DNA of 64,000 bases from Escherichia phage vB_EcoM-RPN226. The DNA is taken from the sequence record OL770073.2; one strand, 5' to 3'. The translations under genes were made by a program, and so were the position numbers. The notes beneath the pieces are model-generated. The model searched no databases. It was not told where the DNA came from and saw nothing but the letters and a program-made list of their open reading frames with translations. Positions 61,201 to 64,000 of this stretch are shown here, one piece after another; position 1 is the first letter of the stretch, and every line of letters begins with the position of its first letter.

Positions 61201-61345
61201 GATTTTCCCCCGAGTTTGTTTTTGTCTCAGCGATTTCTACAAAATAGTAGAAATTAGCACCAACGTCATCCCAGCGTACTTGCACCTGATTTGCGGATAA
61301 CTTGGAAATTCTGAGACTAGTGACTGAAGGTGCTTTTACTGTCAT
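58247..61345 (-). CDS. 7: baseplate wedge protein gp7
   Basis: 1032 aa, same length as T4 gp7. Confidence 0.92.
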   Translation of the reverse strand: MTVKAPSVTSLRISKLSANQVQVRWDDVGANFYYFVEIAETKTNSGENLPSNQYRWINLGYTANNSFFFDNANPLTSYIIRVATAAQDFEQSDWIYTEEFETFATNAYTFQNMIEMQLANKFIQEKFTLNNSDYVNFNNDTIMAALMNESFQFSPSYVDVSSISNFIIGENEYHEIQGSIQQVCKDINRVYLMESEGILYLFERYQPVVKVSNDKGQTWKAVKLFNDRVGYPLSKTVYYQSANTTYVLGYDKIFYGRKSTDVRWSADDVRFSSQDITFAKLGDQLHLGFDVEIFATYATLPANVYRIAEAITCTDDYIYVVARDKVRYIKTSNAPIDSDPLSPTYSERLFEPDTMTITGNPKAVCYKMDSIGDKVFALIVGEVETLNANPRTSKIIDSADKGIYVLNHATKTWKRVFGNTEEERRRIQPGYANMSTDGKLVSLSSSNFKFLSDNIVNDPETAAKYQLIGAVKYEFPREWLADKHYHMMAFIADEKSDWETFTPQPMKYYAEPFFNWSKKSNTRCWINNSDRVVVVYADLKYTKVIENIPETSPDRLVHEYWDDGDCTIVMPNVKFTGFKKYASGMLFYKASGEIISYYDFNYRVRDTVEIIWKPTEVFLKAFLQNQEHETPWSPEEERGLADPDLRPLIGTMMPDSYLLQDSNFEAFCEAYIQYLSDGYGTQYNNLRNLIRNKYPREEHAWEYLWSEIYKRNIYLNADKRDAVARFFESRSYDFYSTKGIEASYKFLFKVLYNEEVEIEIESGAGTEYDIIVQSDSLTEDLVGQTIYTATGRCNVTYIERSYSNGKLQWTVTIHNLLGRLIAGQEVKAERLPSFEGEIIRGVKGKDLLQNNIDYINRSRSYYVMKIKSNLPSSRWKSDVIRFVHPVGFGFIAITLLTMFINVGLTLKHTETIINKYKNYKWDSGLPTEYADRVAKLTPTGEIEHDSVTGEAIYEPGPMAGVEYPLPDDYNAENNNSIFQGQLPSERRKLMSPLFDASGTTFAQFRDLVNKRLKDNIGNPRDPENPTQVKIDE

Positions 61346-63324
61346 TGTGATATAGGCTCCAAATCGATAGTTAAGTATTGTGGACGTAAATCATTTTCAA
61401 ATACAATCAGTGAACCATCGCGTGTGAAAATAACATCGTCTATTGGATCAGAATATAGCTCAATAGTCTGAACCTCAAATTTATCGGATGTTAAATTAAT
61501 TTTAGCGATATTCCAATAAATCATGTCAGCTGGATAATTTATTTCACCGATAACGTAGTATTTGTCGCGTCCATCGGAACTTGCTAATTTATTAAAATCA
61601 TTGCCTGTATATGGCTGAATGTTTTCATTTTCTGTAACATCGCCAGAAGCAAATGGACCAATAATAACTTTACCAATTCCTTTAGAATCTCGGTCTGTTG
61701 ATACTATGCGAACGTCATATAATACATCTTCTTCTAAACCAGTATCAGGATTTACAACCTTTCGTCCAGAATTAAATGAAAACGTATTAGATTCCATAGA
61801 ACGATCTTTTATTTGATTATTGTATTTAATACCTGCTTCAGGCGTTTTATAGAAGTTTTGTACTTCACGAACAATTTGAATTGTCGCTGATGAACCAATG
61901 ATAGAATGATCTGCATCATCTACATATGTCAACATCTTAGATTTAGCGAAAGATGAGTTAAAAATTTCTACGTCTTCGGTATAATAACGATCAATTTTAT
62001 CAATTATTTGACCTTCGAGCCACTGTTCGGATTCTTGCAGCTTATTTAAAGCATATGTGACTTTTAAATTAGTCTTAATAAAAAGATAATTAGGAGAAAT
62101 AATTGATGGCGTAATAGGAGCTAAATTATAGTCTTTGAGATAATTTTTAATATCTTCGCGCTGTACAGTAGTTAAATACAACCCTGATTTAGGTTTAGCC
62201 GCAATAAATGCATAACCAGGTTTAGTAGAATCAGTGAAAGTCTGAACTGCTTGAATAATAGAACCAAATCTCTCTGAGACGAATGTATCATAGTCAGTTG
62301 CAGTTACGCAGCGTTGCTGGGTTTCGCGTTTAATAGTACCCAATTCGCGAATACGTTCAATATCTTCTGGATCGCCGCCGCCATCTGCCCCAACAAAATC
62401 TGGGTCATCGTTTGGATTTTCATTAATGTTGATGACAGTTATATTTGTTAATGTATCTGCATATGAAAATCCGACTGCGCCATTCGCATCTGCGCCGTTA
62501 GTACTGATGTACTCAATAACAATCGTAGAGTTCTGAGTAGGTTTAAGACCCCCAATATAATTAGCAGTCAATGCTCCTTCTGCCGCATTAACAGAAATCT
62601 CACCTTCACCAAAATAAAACTCAGTATTTCCATCAATAGTTTCACGCATGTAGTAAATTGTTGATGTAGAACCAGCATGAACCATTGACTTTCTTGTCCA
62701 GTTAATCCATTCTGCTCCATCAACGTACAGTTTAACTTGGTTTCTATCTATATTTTTGTCATAAATGATAATAGGTGTTAATTTATCATAAATGATTTCA
62801 GTTCTTACTATACGTCCCTGGGCTAATTTTAAACGCGGAAAATACTGGTTATTTTTATCGCGAATAGCAATAACATCTTCGGTAGATACAAAGTTATAAG
62901 GATTAACTGAAGTATCTTTTGCATATGCTAAAAAGCGAGTACCACGAGGAATAGTAATGTAATTTCTATTCAATGCATCTGTACAAGTTAGCATAATTTC
63001 AGTTTGAGCAGCTGATTTTGAAGTAGGTAAATATCCATTATCTTGTGCCGCTTGAACTACTGAACTACGTAAGTTAGCAGTACGCATAAAACTTTCATAC
63101 ACGGCAGCATTACCAAACTGCTGAATGTATAATGTATTATAAGCCAAAAGGTCGCACAGAACGTTTAATCTTGAGCCTTCAAAATCATAATCCAAAAATT
63201 CATTTTGGCCATTAAGCCATTCAATGAGGTTTTGTTTTATTTCAGCAAATGTACCCCCGACGAATATCTCGGGAATAGCATTTGCTGTTCTTGTTAATTG
63301 ATAATTTACAGGGGTATTTGCCAT
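61342..63324 (-). CDS. 6: baseplate wedge protein gp6
   Basis: 660 aa, same length as T4 gp6. Confidence 0.92.
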   Translation of the reverse strand: MANTPVNYQLTRTANAIPEIFVGGTFAEIKQNLIEWLNGQNEFLDYDFEGSRLNVLCDLLAYNTLYIQQFGNAAVYESFMRTANLRSSVVQAAQDNGYLPTSKSAAQTEIMLTCTDALNRNYITIPRGTRFLAYAKDTSVNPYNFVSTEDVIAIRDKNNQYFPRLKLAQGRIVRTEIIYDKLTPIIIYDKNIDRNQVKLYVDGAEWINWTRKSMVHAGSTSTIYYMRETIDGNTEFYFGEGEISVNAAEGALTANYIGGLKPTQNSTIVIEYISTNGADANGAVGFSYADTLTNITVININENPNDDPDFVGADGGGDPEDIERIRELGTIKRETQQRCVTATDYDTFVSERFGSIIQAVQTFTDSTKPGYAFIAAKPKSGLYLTTVQREDIKNYLKDYNLAPITPSIISPNYLFIKTNLKVTYALNKLQESEQWLEGQIIDKIDRYYTEDVEIFNSSFAKSKMLTYVDDADHSIIGSSATIQIVREVQNFYKTPEAGIKYNNQIKDRSMESNTFSFNSGRKVVNPDTGLEEDVLYDVRIVSTDRDSKGIGKVIIGPFASGDVTENENIQPYTGNDFNKLASSDGRDKYYVIGEINYPADMIYWNIAKINLTSDKFEVQTIELYSDPIDDVIFTRDGSLIVFENDLRPQYLTIDLEPISQ

Positions 63325-63332
63325 TTTAAATC

Positions 63333-63626
63333 CTATTTAATGAATACTTTAGATGATGCCTGAGCCACAGTATCACCGCATGATATTGGATCAGCCATTT
63401 GAACAGCTTTCTTTCCAGTGACATATACCTTAGAAGTTCTAGGTTGTGTCACTCCGCCATGTGTTTCATATGGCTTTTTAATTTCTGTATGTTCTGTAAT
63501 TGGATCACCTGCTACGAGAACAGCAATTCCTCCAGTGAATACTTTACTTTGTGTAGCATTCACAACCGTTGGAGGCCATGCTTCATGGCCGGCAGTAACA
63601 CACTTATCATAACTTAATCCTGACAT
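63333..63626 (-). CDS. 5.4: PAAR-repeat spike-tip protein gp5.4
   Basis: 97 aa, PAAR-like fold, directly upstream of gene 6. Confidence 0.85.
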
Positions 63627-64000
63627 TTATGGCCTCTCATACACGTAGCTTCTCAATTTATTAGCCCAACGACTCCAATTTCCAACTATAGTTTTTGTAT
63701 AATTTTTAACAAGAGTTTTTCTTATTGGAGCTGGAGGATTCGTTGGTTCAGTAGTATCAGAAGATGACCTAGAATTACTGCCAGAACCTCCAGATTCACC
63801 TTGTTCTTGATAGTCATATATTAATGTTACTTCGTAAGTGAATGTCTTCTGGAGGTTTTGAGGAGCTTTCCATAGATATAACTGAGTATTAGAATCAGTT
63901 GGAAGGTCTTCCCATGAAGCAGCAGTTTTAAATTCATTATCTAAACGATATTTCAACACATCATTTCCAAATCCAAACACAGATTCATACGTTCCATATA
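63627..64000 (-). CDS. hypothetical protein, partial (5' end beyond the window)
   Basis: reading frame stays open to the window edge; Ser/Gly-rich middle region. Confidence 0.5.

Overview
This window is a roughly 64-kb segment of a T4-like (Tevenvirinae) myovirus genome. I identified genes by recognising the protein sequences and their lengths and order; no database search was run. Coordinates of small motifs are read from line numbering and may be off by 1-2 nt. Positions 1-19.3 kb are a plus-strand early/middle nucleotide-metabolism and host-takeover module (nrdA, nrdB, denA, rnlA, alc, pseT, cd, 31, rIII, 30, alt). Positions 19.4-64 kb are the late structural module, mostly on the minus strand (baseplate hub 54-48-29-28-27-51, 26/25, uvsY/uvsW, inh, hoc, rnlB, head genes 24-23-22-21-68-67-20, tail 19-18, terminase 17-16, neck 15-14-13, wac, 12, baseplate wedge 11-6, 5.4). 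The gene content is T4-like but not identical to the T4 arrangement I recall: the window carries an unusual set of homing-endonuclease-like genes. These are an antisense I-TevI-like GIY-YIG gene upstream of nrdA, an HNH gene that splits nrdA at the active-site loop, HNH genes after uvsW, after gene 18 and between genes 13 and 14, and a 503-aa multi-domain nuclease-like ORF between genes 24 and 23. nrdB is uninterrupted. Also present are a frameshifted alt paralog, two copies of an early-promoter-plus-hairpin element, many TATAAATA late promoters, MotA-type middle promoters (including the uvsY origin-type promoter) and several hairpin terminators. I found no CRISPR array, rRNA or convincing tRNA.
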